Positions 8,452 through 17,555 of a stretch of 64,000 nucleotides of DNA are shown one piece after another; the stretch's first letter is position 1, and each line of letters begins with the position of its first letter. The notes below the pieces were generated by a model, which was not told where the DNA came from, did not search any database, and worked only from the letters and a program-made list of their open reading frames with translations. Source of the DNA: a virus; the IMG/VR virus record IMGVR_UViG_3300032236_000718, positions 1 through 64,000 of that record. The stretch is one strand, 5' to 3'. The position numbers and the translations under genes are program-made.

Positions 8452-8461
8452 GGAAATTGAC

Positions 8462-9133
8462 ATGAAAGTATATATTGGACCCTACGTTCCTCACTGGTCA
8501 ACACATGAATTTGAAAAATCATACTTGGCTATAATGCACAAGGTCGAGTACGGCTGGCAGGTCGAAGAGGAAGAGTACACTAAGCTGGATAAGGCTGTTA
8601 TCTGGTTGATCGATAAGTGGCAAGACGTACTAAATATCACAATCAATAAGTTCTTTGCATGGAAGAACCGTAAGATCAAGGTTCGTATTGATGACTATGA
8701 TGTATGGTCTGTGGATCACACTCTAGCCCATATAATTCATCCAATTCTTATTAAGTTAAGAGAGAACAAGCATGGATCACCATGGATAGACGATGAAGAT
8801 GTTCCTGATCATTTAAAGTCTACTGCTGCACCTCCAAAAGAGAATGAGTACGATACAGATGATAACCACCACAACCGTTGGGGCTGGGTTCTTGACGAGA
8901 TGATCTGGGCATTCTCTCAGATACTCGACGATAATGCCGACGCTCAGTTCCACACTGGTAAGTCTGATATTCAGTGGGAACAAACTGAGATCAACGGTAA
9001 GAAGATGTATGAGATGGTGCGTGGTCCAGAAGACACGCATGTGTTTGATAGAGAAGGATACGATAAGTGGAATGCTCGTATCTCTAATGGACTTATCCTT
9101 TTTGGTAAATACTATAGAGCGTTATGGGACTAA
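8462..9133 (+). CDS. Hypothetical phage protein
   Basis: 223 aa Trp-rich ORF with AGGA RBS. Confidence 0.8.
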   Translation: MKVYIGPYVPHWSTHEFEKSYLAIMHKVEYGWQVEEEEYTKLDKAVIWLIDKWQDVLNITINKFFAWKNRKIKVRIDDYDVWSVDHTLAHIIHPILIKLRENKHGSPWIDDEDVPDHLKSTAAPPKENEYDTDDNHHNRWGWVLDEMIWAFSQILDDNADAQFHTGKSDIQWEQTEINGKKMYEMVRGPEDTHVFDREGYDKWNARISNGLILFGKYYRALWD

Positions 9134-9154
9134 AAATAATAATAAGGAGTTCCA

Positions 9155-9388
9155 ATGGACACAGTCTATGGATTACGAATAAGTAACTTAAGAGTCATGC
9201 CTGAGGAGATGGTCATAAAGGCCGCCCAGGATATGGAGAAAGAAGACCCTGAGAATAACTTCTCAATGCTTCTTAAAGGTGCTCAGAGCTTCAGGATGGT
9301 TGGTCTGACACCGATATTTCTGTGTGATACAAACATGCAGAATCTAATGGTTACTACAGAAGAAAAACTACGAAAAAAATATCACTGA
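9155..9388 (+). CDS. Hypothetical protein
   Basis: AAGGAG RBS. Confidence 0.75.
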   Translation: MDTVYGLRISNLRVMPEEMVIKAAQDMEKEDPENNFSMLLKGAQSFRMVGLTPIFLCDTNMQNLMVTTEEKLRKKYH

Positions 9389-9425
9389 GGGGGTTACAAA
9401 ACTCACTACGGATACATATATAATA

Positions 9426-9485
9426 TATGACGGTTCGCTTCGGGTTCCGTTATAATATCAACCTTGCTTTTAGGAGGTCTACATG
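9426..9485 (+). promoter_or_regulatory. ROSE-like RNA thermometer in the hsp20 5' UTR
   Basis: ACCTTGCT-TTT-AGGAGGT pairs UUGCU with the SD with a bulged G; upstream hairpin TATGACGG/CCGTTATA. Confidence 0.65.
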
Positions 9486-9974
9486 ACTAAATTTCTATTC
9501 GATCACACTTTCGCAGAACTTGATAAGTTCAATAAGTTCTTTGTCGGCGCAGACAAGTTTGCCGACCGTCTCACAGAGACAGCGAATTACCTAGCTAACT
9601 CAGCTATGGCTACATATCCACCATTCAACTTAAAGAAGACAGATGATAATGTCTATGTTATCGAGATGGCTGTTGCCGGCTTCGGTAAGCAAGACCTCGA
9701 GATGACACTTGAGGATAACAAGCTTATTGTTAAGGGTTCTACTACAGTCGATACACTAGTTGAAGATGGTGTTAATCAATCTTTCTTGCACAAGGGCATC
9801 TCTGATCGCCCATTCACTCGCTCGTTTACACTAGCCGATAATGTTGTTGTTAATAATGCTGCCTTAGTTAATGGTCTATTGAAGATTTGGCTTGAGCACA
9901 TCATTCCAGAAGACAAGAAACCCAAGAAGATCGACATCACAGAAGTCACTTCTACAGATAAAACTAAGGACTAA
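9483..9974 (+). CDS. hsp20: Small heat shock protein Hsp20 (IbpA-like)
   Basis: YPPFNL, IEMAVAGF, FLHKGIS.RPFTRSFTLAD, A.LVNGLLKI.LE..IPE.KKPKKI.I. Confidence 0.95.
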   Translation: MTKFLFDHTFAELDKFNKFFVGADKFADRLTETANYLANSAMATYPPFNLKKTDDNVYVIEMAVAGFGKQDLEMTLEDNKLIVKGSTTVDTLVEDGVNQSFLHKGISDRPFTRSFTLADNVVVNNAALVNGLLKIWLEHIIPEDKKPKKIDITEVTSTDKTKD

Positions 9975-9977
9975 AAA

Positions 9978-10145
9978 ATGACACAGATAATAGAAAAGAT
10001 AAACTCCTGGCTTAAGCGCGAGGAGAGAGCAAGACGCACGCGCGTAGAACTTAGTCAGCTAACAGATAGAGATCTTGCTGATATTGGTATTAACCGTTGT
10101 GATATCAACAGAATTTCTCGTGAGGCTGTTAATGTGGCCCTATAA
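9978..10145 (+). CDS. DUF1127 (YjiS-like) small protein, 55 aa, not in the ORF track
   Basis: Own translation MTQIIEKINSWLKREERARRTRVELSQLTDRDLADIGINRCDINRISREAVNVAL; EL..L.DR.L.DIGI.R.DI signature. Confidence 0.85.
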   Translation: MTQIIEKINSWLKREERARRTRVELSQLTDRDLADIGINRCDINRISREAVNVAL

Positions 10146-10231
10146 TGAAGATGAACTCGTAATCATCAATGAGGGATGCAAGTAATAAATAATGGGGCGC
10201 AATGCCCCATTATCATTTTTGGAGAATTATT

Positions 10232-10843
10232 ATGATTACAAAAGATCATCTAGAGTCCTTCTTTGAGGACACAAAAGAATCTATTATAGATTCATTCGTT
10301 GAGCCACTTAACAAGGCATGTGATAAATTTGAAATTAATACACCACAAAGAATTGCTATGTTTCTTGCACAAGTTGGCCATGAGTCTGGTGGACTTAGTC
10401 ACACACAAGAGAATTTAAATTATAAGTCAGAAGGATTAACACGTACATTTCCAAAATATTTTCATGATGTAGATCCTGATGATTATGCCCATAATCCGGA
10501 GAAAATCGCTAATCGTGTCTATGCTAATCGTATGGGAAATGGTGATGAAGATTCTGGTGATGGATATAAGTTTAGGGGCCGTGGTCTTATACAGTTAACC
10601 GGAAAAACAAACTATTCTCATTTTGCAAAAGATTTGGGAATGTTAGTTGATGATGCTGTAGAATATCTTCAAACTGCAGAAGGTGCAGCAATGTCTGCCG
10701 GTTGGTTTTGGAGTGTAAATAATTTAAACGAATTAGCTGATAACGGTGACATTATTCATTGTACAAAACGTATCAATGGTGGTACTATAGGACTTGAAGA
10801 GCGCACTGCTCTATATGAAGAGGCACTTAAACTCTTCAGTTGA
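10232..10843 (+). CDS. Glycoside hydrolase family 19 endolysin
   Basis: FLAQVGHESGG, ENLNY, FRGRGLIQLTGKTNY, TKRINGGTIGL. Confidence 0.92.
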   Translation: MITKDHLESFFEDTKESIIDSFVEPLNKACDKFEINTPQRIAMFLAQVGHESGGLSHTQENLNYKSEGLTRTFPKYFHDVDPDDYAHNPEKIANRVYANRMGNGDEDSGDGYKFRGRGLIQLTGKTNYSHFAKDLGMLVDDAVEYLQTAEGAAMSAGWFWSVNNLNELADNGDIIHCTKRINGGTIGLEERTALYEEALKLFS

Positions 10844-10858
10844 TTAATTGGAGTTGTT

Positions 10859-13366
10859 ATGAAGTTTTACACAGACGTATTTCTCCGCGGTGGTAAAGTG
10901 TACTGCCGCGGATACGATATGGGTATCCGAACTAAAGAAGTCATAAAGTATAAGCCATATCTATTCCTTCCATCTGAGAAGGGTAAGTACAGGACACTAG
11001 ATGGTAAGTCTGTTGATAAGTTAAACTTTGATAGCGCGTATGAGGCCCGCGACTTTGTCAAGCGCTATGAGGGTGTAGACAATTTTGAGTATTATGGACT
11101 CACTAACTATCAGTATCTTTACATCTATGACACCTATAAAGGTGAGATACAATACGATCCTTCGACTATTAATATTGTATCACTCGATATCGAGTGTGCA
11201 TCTGACGATGGTTTCCCTAATATTCAAGTAGCTGACAAGGCTATCACTGCAATCACTCTTCGCAGCAAGGGTCAGTCAGCCGTGTTTGGCTGTGGCGACT
11301 TCTACACCAATGACCCTAAGATCTCCTATCTCAAGTGTGAGGACGAGTATGATCTCTTGCAGAAGTTCCTGCAAGTGTGGCAGTCTGACGCGTGGATGCC
11401 AGATATCTTGACTGGTTGGAATACTGAGTTCTTTGATATTCCCTATCTTGTCAATCGTATTCGACGTCTATTAGGCGATAAGGATGTTAACAAGCTATCG
11501 CCATGGGGGTTTGTACAGGAGCGTGAGATTACACGTGGTCAGTCAGTCGCTAATGGATCTGGTAAAAAAGATATCGTGTATGATATTGCCGGTATCGCCT
11601 CACTCGATTATCTAGAACTCTATAAGAAGTTTTCATTCTCAAATCAAGAGTCGTATAAGCTTGACTATATCGCACAAGTGGAACTCGGTGAGAAGAAGAT
11701 AGACTACTCTGAGCACGGGTCGCTGCTCGAGTTATATAAGAACGACTTTCAAAAGTTCATCGAGTATAATATACACGACTGCGTACTCGTAGACAAACTA
11801 GAGGACAAACTTAAACTCATCGAGCAGGTCATGGCTCTAGCGTACGATGCTAAGGTCAACTACAATGACACTATGGCGACTGTTAAGCCGTGGGATATTA
11901 TCATACACAACTATCTGCTAGATCAGAATATCGTCATCCCTCAATCTACAAAACACGCTATGCCTATGGCTTTAGTCGGTGGTCATGTTAAGGATCCTAA
12001 AGTAGGACTTAGTAAGTGGGTTGTATCATTCGACTTAAACTCACTGTACCCTCATCTTATCATGCAGTACAATATTAGTCCTGAGACTCTAGTTGCTAGG
12101 GCAGGTAACTTTCCTACAATTGATAGTCTATTGACAGGTGAACACAACTTTGTACCTAAAGATGAGAATGACATAGGTTTCTCAGTAGCTGCAAACGGAT
12201 GCTACTACAGAAGATCTAAACAAGGATTCCTCCCTGCACTGATGGAGAAGATGTATAATGACCGCTCGATGTATAAGAAAAAGATGCTCGAGGCCAAAAA
12301 GAAATATGAGAAAACCAAGTCTAGTGAAGATTCCAAGCTCGTCGCGCGTTACCACAATATGCAACTTGCGAAGAAAATTCAGCTTAACTCCGCTTATGGT
12401 GCACTGGGGAATGAATACTTCAGGTGGTTTAGCTTTAATAACGCTGAAGCGATAACCACATCAGGTCAACTCTCTATTCGCTGGATCGAGAAGAAGATGA
12501 ATGAGTTCTTGAACAAGATGCTCAAGACAAACAAAGACTACATCATCGCATCTGACACCGACTCTATCTATATCGAGCTCGACGGTCTCGTACAGTGGGC
12601 AGGTGAAAAGGATGAACTAAAGATCGTAAAGATGTTGGATGAGTTCATCGAGGCTCGCATTCAACCTTACATGAATGAGTGCTATCAACAGCTTGCCGAC
12701 ATGATGAACGCGCGTGAGCAGAAGATGCAGATGAAGCGTGAGACAATTGCTAGTAAGGGTATCTGGATCGCCAAGAAGATGTACATGCTAAATGCATGGA
12801 ACATCGAGGGTGTTCAATACGATGAGCCTAAGCTAAAGATCTCAGGTCTTTCTGCTGTTCGCTCATCTACTCCTTACTCTTGCCGTGAGAACATTAAGAA
12901 GGCACTCACTATCATCATGAATAAGTCTGAGGATGATCTTCAATTGTTTATCGAAGATTTCCGTGCTAAGTTTATGGAGTTGCCATTTGAGCAGGTGGCA
13001 TTCCCTCGTGGCATTAAGGGTATGGAGAAATATCGAAACTCTAGGACTATCTACGAGAAGGGTACACCTATACAGGTTAAAGGTGCACTACTGTTTAACC
13101 ATGCTATACAACGCAATCAGGTTAAGAATGTCGCGCCTATTAAGAACGGCGACAAGATTAAATTTGCGTATCTTAAATTCCCTAATCCTATTGGAGACAG
13201 TGTGATCTCTGCTCCTGACACACTGCCTCCTGAGTTAAACGTCGATAAGTACATTGATCGCAACATGCAGTTCGAGAAGGCCTTCCTTGATCCGCTTAAA
13301 TCTATCACTAACATTATCGGTTGGCAGACCGAGAAGGTCGCAAACTTGGAGAGCTTCTTTGGCTAA
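10859..13366 (+). CDS. gp43: Family B DNA polymerase
   Basis: Exo DIE and GWNTEFFD; pol SFDLNSLYP, KIQLNSAYG, SDTDS. Confidence 0.98.
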   Translation: MKFYTDVFLRGGKVYCRGYDMGIRTKEVIKYKPYLFLPSEKGKYRTLDGKSVDKLNFDSAYEARDFVKRYEGVDNFEYYGLTNYQYLYIYDTYKGEIQYDPSTINIVSLDIECASDDGFPNIQVADKAITAITLRSKGQSAVFGCGDFYTNDPKISYLKCEDEYDLLQKFLQVWQSDAWMPDILTGWNTEFFDIPYLVNRIRRLLGDKDVNKLSPWGFVQEREITRGQSVANGSGKKDIVYDIAGIASLDYLELYKKFSFSNQESYKLDYIAQVELGEKKIDYSEHGSLLELYKNDFQKFIEYNIHDCVLVDKLEDKLKLIEQVMALAYDAKVNYNDTMATVKPWDIIIHNYLLDQNIVIPQSTKHAMPMALVGGHVKDPKVGLSKWVVSFDLNSLYPHLIMQYNISPETLVARAGNFPTIDSLLTGEHNFVPKDENDIGFSVAANGCYYRRSKQGFLPALMEKMYNDRSMYKKKMLEAKKKYEKTKSSEDSKLVARYHNMQLAKKIQLNSAYGALGNEYFRWFSFNNAEAITTSGQLSIRWIEKKMNEFLNKMLKTNKDYIIASDTDSIYIELDGLVQWAGEKDELKIVKMLDEFIEARIQPYMNECYQQLADMMNAREQKMQMKRETIASKGIWIAKKMYMLNAWNIEGVQYDEPKLKISGLSAVRSSTPYSCRENIKKALTIIMNKSEDDLQLFIEDFRAKFMELPFEQVAFPRGIKGMEKYRNSRTIYEKGTPIQVKGALLFNHAIQRNQVKNVAPIKNGDKIKFAYLKFPNPIGDSVISAPDTLPPELNVDKYIDRNMQFEKAFLDPLKSITNIIGWQTEKVANLESFFG

Positions 13367-13601
13367 GAAACCTGTAGTTAAACCTAATGATGATTTTGGA
13401 TTTAGTCTCGTATCAGAGGCAGATCTCAAACAACAAGAGCAACAGACAATCGATAAAGTTCGTGGGCTAAGAGATATGATTATGCCCTTCCTTAATAATC
13501 TGACAAAGAATCCAGAGAAGGAATACATCATGTGGCCAGATCGTGCAAAGAAGGTCGAAGAGTTTATCAAGAAGATTAATGACTATGTAGATAGCGAATA
13601 A
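13359..13601 (+). CDS. Hypothetical protein
   Basis: TTG start after GGAG; DDFGFSLV..PFLNNL..NPEKEYIMWPDR. Confidence 0.7.
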   Translation: MAKKPVVKPNDDFGFSLVSEADLKQQEQQTIDKVRGLRDMIMPFLNNLTKNPEKEYIMWPDRAKKVEEFIKKINDYVDSE

Positions 13602-13604
13602 CTG

Positions 13605-13633
13605 TTTACAAATATATGATACTGTGATATACT
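13605..13633 (+). promoter_or_regulatory. Early/middle promoter TTTACA-N17-TATACT
   Basis: Variant of the recurring motif upstream of uvsX. Confidence 0.75.
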
Positions 13634-13661
13634 GAATAATGATGTAATATTGGAGATATAA

Positions 13662-14711
13662 ATGTCACTACGCGATAAACTTATTAAGAACTCAACGATT
13701 GATATGACTGCCACATTAACTGATAGTAAGATCTTTACTAAGAAGGATATCATCTCGACATCAGTTCCTATGATTAACGTTGCACTGTCTGGATCAGTCG
13801 ATGGCGGATTGACTCCGGGTCTAACGATGTTGGCCGGTCCCTCAAAGCATTTTAAGACTGGCTTCGCGCTCTTGATGGCGTCTGCATTCTTGAAGAAGTA
13901 TAAGGACGGGATTGTCTTGTTTTATGACTCTGAGTTCGGTACACCTCAAGCATACTTTAACACATTTAATATACCATTCGACTCGGTTGTTCATACTCCT
14001 ATTACTGATATTGAAGAGTTAAAGTTTGATATCATGCAGCAGATGAAAGAGCTAAATCGTGGCGAGCATGTCATGATCGTCATTGACTCTATCGGCAATC
14101 TTGCCTCTAAGAAGGAAGTTGAAGATGCTCTCGATGGTAAGTCAGTTGCTGACATGTCACGCGCTAAGCAGCTTAAGTCGCTGTTCCGCATGATCACACC
14201 TCACTTGACTTTAAAGGATATTCCTATGGTCGTGATCAACCATACCTATAAGACTATCGAGATGTACTCAAAAGACGTTGTAGGCGGTGGTACTGGTTCT
14301 TATTATGGATCTGATAACATCTGGATCTTAGGTCGTCAACAAGATAAAGATGACAAGGAGATTAAGGGTTATCATTTTGTCATCAACGTGGAGAAGTCGC
14401 GCTATGTTAAAGAAAAATCAAAGATCCCAATTACTATCTCTTATGAGGGTGGTATCAATAGATGGTCTGGCCTTCTTGACATCGCTGTTGATGGTGGTTA
14501 TATTATTAAGCCAAAAGTTGGCTGGTATGCTACAGTAAACAAAGAGACTGGTGAAGTACACACACCTAGTATGCGTGCTGGAGATATTGTTGATAATAAA
14601 GAGTTCTGGATAAAGCTCTTTAAGGAAACAGACTTCGCCAAGTATATTGAAGACCGTTATATGATTGGTTCAAGTGGTGCAATCTTGGGTGATGAAGACG
14701 ACGCAGAATGA
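13662..14711 (+). CDS. uvsX: RecA-like recombinase
   Basis: AGPSKHFKT Walker A, YDSEFG, IDSIGNLAS, DMSRAK. Confidence 0.97.
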   Translation: MSLRDKLIKNSTIDMTATLTDSKIFTKKDIISTSVPMINVALSGSVDGGLTPGLTMLAGPSKHFKTGFALLMASAFLKKYKDGIVLFYDSEFGTPQAYFNTFNIPFDSVVHTPITDIEELKFDIMQQMKELNRGEHVMIVIDSIGNLASKKEVEDALDGKSVADMSRAKQLKSLFRMITPHLTLKDIPMVVINHTYKTIEMYSKDVVGGGTGSYYGSDNIWILGRQQDKDDKEIKGYHFVINVEKSRYVKEKSKIPITISYEGGINRWSGLLDIAVDGGYIIKPKVGWYATVNKETGEVHTPSMRAGDIVDNKEFWIKLFKETDFAKYIEDRYMIGSSGAILGDEDDAE

Positions 14712-16093
14712 GTATTGAAAAACTAATATTCAGTAACTTGATACTAAATCAGGATTACGGACGCAAAGTAATACCGTTTCTGAAAGATGAATACTTCTCT
14801 GACTTTACAGATAAGAATGTATTCAAACTCATCAACGTGTATGTCGACAAGTATAACTCCTTTCCTACTAAAGAGGCTTTACTTGTCGACCTTCGTAATC
14901 AAGACAGCATCAGCCAAGAGACGTATGATAAGTCAAAGGAGTTAATCGATGAGTTATCGATTGATGGTAAAACAAAGATTGACTGGCTACTCGACCAAAC
15001 AGAAAAGTTCTGTCAAGAGAAAGCCGTATACAACGCCATCATGGCCGGCATTCAGATCTTGGATGACAAGTCAGGAACAAAGTCGAAGGGTGCAATTCCA
15101 CAGATACTCTCAGATGCCTTGGCTGTATCATTTGACACTCATATCGGGCATGACTTCCTTGAAGACGCGGATGGCCGTTTTGAGTTTTACCACGCAAAGG
15201 AAGTCCGCATACCCTTCGACCTCGACTACTTTAATAAGATTACGCAAGGCGGTCTTCCGCGCAAGACACTCAACATCGCTCTCGCCGGCACTGGTGTTGG
15301 CAAATCGCTCTTTATGTGTCATTGCGCATCGGCTAACCTCATGGCTGGTCTCAATGTTCTATACATCACGCTAGAGATGTCCGAAGAGAAGATAGCTGAG
15401 CGCATCGATGCTAACTTACTTGACATTGATATCGCACAGCTTAAAGATATGCCTAAGGATATGTACGATCGTAAGGTACTCAAGCTTCGTGAGAAGACTA
15501 AGGGTAAGCTTATCATCAAGGAATATCCTACAGCGTGTGCCGGCTCTGGTAACTTTAGGCACTTACTCAATGAGCTAAAGATCAAGCGTAACTTTATGCC
15601 TGATGTCATATATGTCGATTATCTAAATATATGTATGTCGACACGCCTTAAGGCTGGTGCTAACGTTAACTCATACACATATGTCAAGGCTATTGCCGAG
15701 GAGCTTCGTGGTCTAGCAGTAGAGTTTAATGTTCCACTCATATCAGCAACACAGACCACAAGGTCTGGTTACTCTAACAGTGATGTTGGACTCGAGGATA
15801 CCTCGGAGTCTTTTGGTCTTCCTGCAACAGCCGATCTGATGTTTGCCCTCATCTCTACCGATGAGTTGGCAGAGTCAAGTCAGATTATGGTCAAGCAGCT
15901 AAAGAATCGCTATGCTGATCCTAACAGCATAAAGAAGTTTGTGTTGGGTGTTGACAGGAGTAAGATGAGATTATTTGATACAGACGAAGCAGATATTGAC
16001 GTGCCTATCATGGATACAACTAAATTCGGCCATGAAGACAATGAGAGATCTAAACCTAAGTTCGATAAATCAAAGTTTGCGGGGTTCAAATGA
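14708..16093 (+). CDS. gp41: Replicative DNA helicase
   Basis: AGTGVGKS, ITLEM, VDYLNI, ATQTTRSG, SESFGLPATAD, KNRY. Confidence 0.97.
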   Translation: MSIEKLIFSNLILNQDYGRKVIPFLKDEYFSDFTDKNVFKLINVYVDKYNSFPTKEALLVDLRNQDSISQETYDKSKELIDELSIDGKTKIDWLLDQTEKFCQEKAVYNAIMAGIQILDDKSGTKSKGAIPQILSDALAVSFDTHIGHDFLEDADGRFEFYHAKEVRIPFDLDYFNKITQGGLPRKTLNIALAGTGVGKSLFMCHCASANLMAGLNVLYITLEMSEEKIAERIDANLLDIDIAQLKDMPKDMYDRKVLKLREKTKGKLIIKEYPTACAGSGNFRHLLNELKIKRNFMPDVIYVDYLNICMSTRLKAGANVNSYTYVKAIAEELRGLAVEFNVPLISATQTTRSGYSNSDVGLEDTSESFGLPATADLMFALISTDELAESSQIMVKQLKNRYADPNSIKKFVLGVDRSKMRLFDTDEADIDVPIMDTTKFGHEDNERSKPKFDKSKFAGFK

Positions 16094-16302
16094 CGGCCTA
16101 TAAAGTAAAGAAGTTCGATTCGTTGTATGGTGTAGTCGAGAGTGCAACGAACCATATACTCTTTGAGAGTAATGACGAGCACAAGGCAAAGACCATGTCT
16201 CGTAAATTAAACTTTGGTGCAGCATTTGATGGATGGACACCTAACTTTTTTACAAAAAAAGTAAACGTGGATCAGATTTTTGCTAGGGTTTCTGATAAAT
16301 AA
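16090..16302 (+). CDS. Hypothetical protein
   Basis: ATGA overlap with gp41; LNFGAAFDGWTPNFF. Confidence 0.75.
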   Translation: MTAYKVKKFDSLYGVVESATNHILFESNDEHKAKTMSRKLNFGAAFDGWTPNFFTKKVNVDQIFARVSDK

Positions 16303-16307
16303 CTGCA

Positions 16308-16409
16308 AAGAATGGTATGTTTTGCTTGTGCACAGCAAAGAGGCAAGTCGTAAAATTCGAGGAATAGCTGGGAGAAAACGGTGGGGTTCCGCCCGGCCAT
16401 ACTATTTTT
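16308..16409 (+). ncRNA. Candidate structured small RNA
   Basis: Closing stem AATGGTATG/CATACTATT with inner hairpins TTTGCT/AGCAAA, GCTGGG/CCCGGC and CGG/CCG. Confidence 0.45.
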
Positions 16410-16420
16410 ATAACACTGAG

Positions 16421-16452
16421 AAGGGGTGGACTCATAGGGTCCACCCCTTTTT
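16421..16452 (+). terminator. Rho-independent terminator
   Basis: AAGGGGTGGAC..GTCCACCCCTT plus T-run. Confidence 0.9.
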
Positions 16453-16455
16453 AAT

Positions 16456-16463
16456 TATAAATA
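16456..16463 (+). promoter_or_regulatory. Late promoter TATAAATA
   Basis: Exact consensus upstream of 16482. Confidence 0.8.
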
Positions 16464-16481
16464 CCCAAACGGGAGAATATT

Positions 16482-17555
16482 ATGCTTACACCACAACAAC
16501 AGAAAGACCTTTATCGAAAAGTAGAAGAGATTCTAAACGTTATTGGTGCTGGTTATAACTTTAAAGTAGGAGCTAATAAGCCTGCTTCTGACGGTAGTGG
16601 TGGCCGCGAGTATAGAATGCAACTCGTTAATATACAAAATGATACATCAGGTGAATTAAAGACTAATCTACCAACTAAATTAATGGAGATTGAGAATATA
16701 AAAGATGTTAAGTTTAATCAACTATCTCCTAATAGTTCAAAATACTCCTCAGTATCATTCACACTAGAATCAATTAAGTTCGATGCAGTTATTGCAAAAG
16801 GTGCTAATAACGGAGAGAAGTTTGAGAAGACTGTAGTCAATGATCTACAGAGATATTTTCAAAATGCTCAGGTATCTACGGACTATAAGACGTTGATTGA
16901 TAAACTTATCAAGGCAAATCCTGCCTTTGGAAAGAATGAGATAATTAGTGTTAGGCAGAGAACCGGTAGCACTCTTAAAGAAGGTGTTGCTATTGAGAAT
17001 CTAGGAGCTATTATTGGTGATATTATATTAACTGATAGTGCAAATAAACAATGGTTTATATCTCTAAAGGATGTTAATGGAGATACATTTAGCTCATACT
17101 CTGGAGCTGCAACTCTTATAGACTCTACTGGTAAATTAAATGATAGTTCTGCTGGTGCAGACTTTTTATTAGCTTTTGGCGTTAATCTAGATCAAGTTCA
17201 AAAAGGATTTGATGATAGAAAGAATAAAAAGGTTGTAAGACTTCCTTATAGAAAAGCTAATTTAGATACACAAAAGACAAAGAGCATCTTCGAGAGAGCA
17301 TGGGGTATGAACTACTTCTATGTTCGCAAGACAAGTGATGGATGGAAAGTATTTTGGATAGATAGAACTGTGCTAAATAACTTAGCGTCTGCAATTTCAA
17401 TAGAGAGAATTGGTTATCCATCTATGACCACAAAGCAAATAACTATTGATTGTAAAAATAGTTTTGCTAGTTATAAAATAGAAATTAGAAACAGTAAGGG
17501 CGATGAGTACCCTAACGACATAAAATTTAAGGTGAAGAGTTTAAGTCTAACATGA
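16482..17555 (+). CDS. Putative PD-(D/E)xK-like nuclease
   Basis: GEKFE..IIGDIIL..FISLK pattern; AT-rich gene. Confidence 0.45.
   Translation: MLTPQQQKDLYRKVEEILNVIGAGYNFKVGANKPASDGSGGREYRMQLVNIQNDTSGELKTNLPTKLMEIENIKDVKFNQLSPNSSKYSSVSFTLESIKFDAVIAKGANNGEKFEKTVVNDLQRYFQNAQVSTDYKTLIDKLIKANPAFGKNEIISVRQRTGSTLKEGVAIENLGAIIGDIILTDSANKQWFISLKDVNGDTFSSYSGAATLIDSTGKLNDSSAGADFLLAFGVNLDQVQKGFDDRKNKKVVRLPYRKANLDTQKTKSIFERAWGMNYFYVRKTSDGWKVFWIDRTVLNNLASAISIERIGYPSMTTKQITIDCKNSFASYKIEIRNSKGDEYPNDIKFKVKSLSLT

Noticed and set aside
16280-16558. 92-aa ORF
   Set aside because: It crosses a structured RNA, a terminator and a late promoter, and has no RBS.
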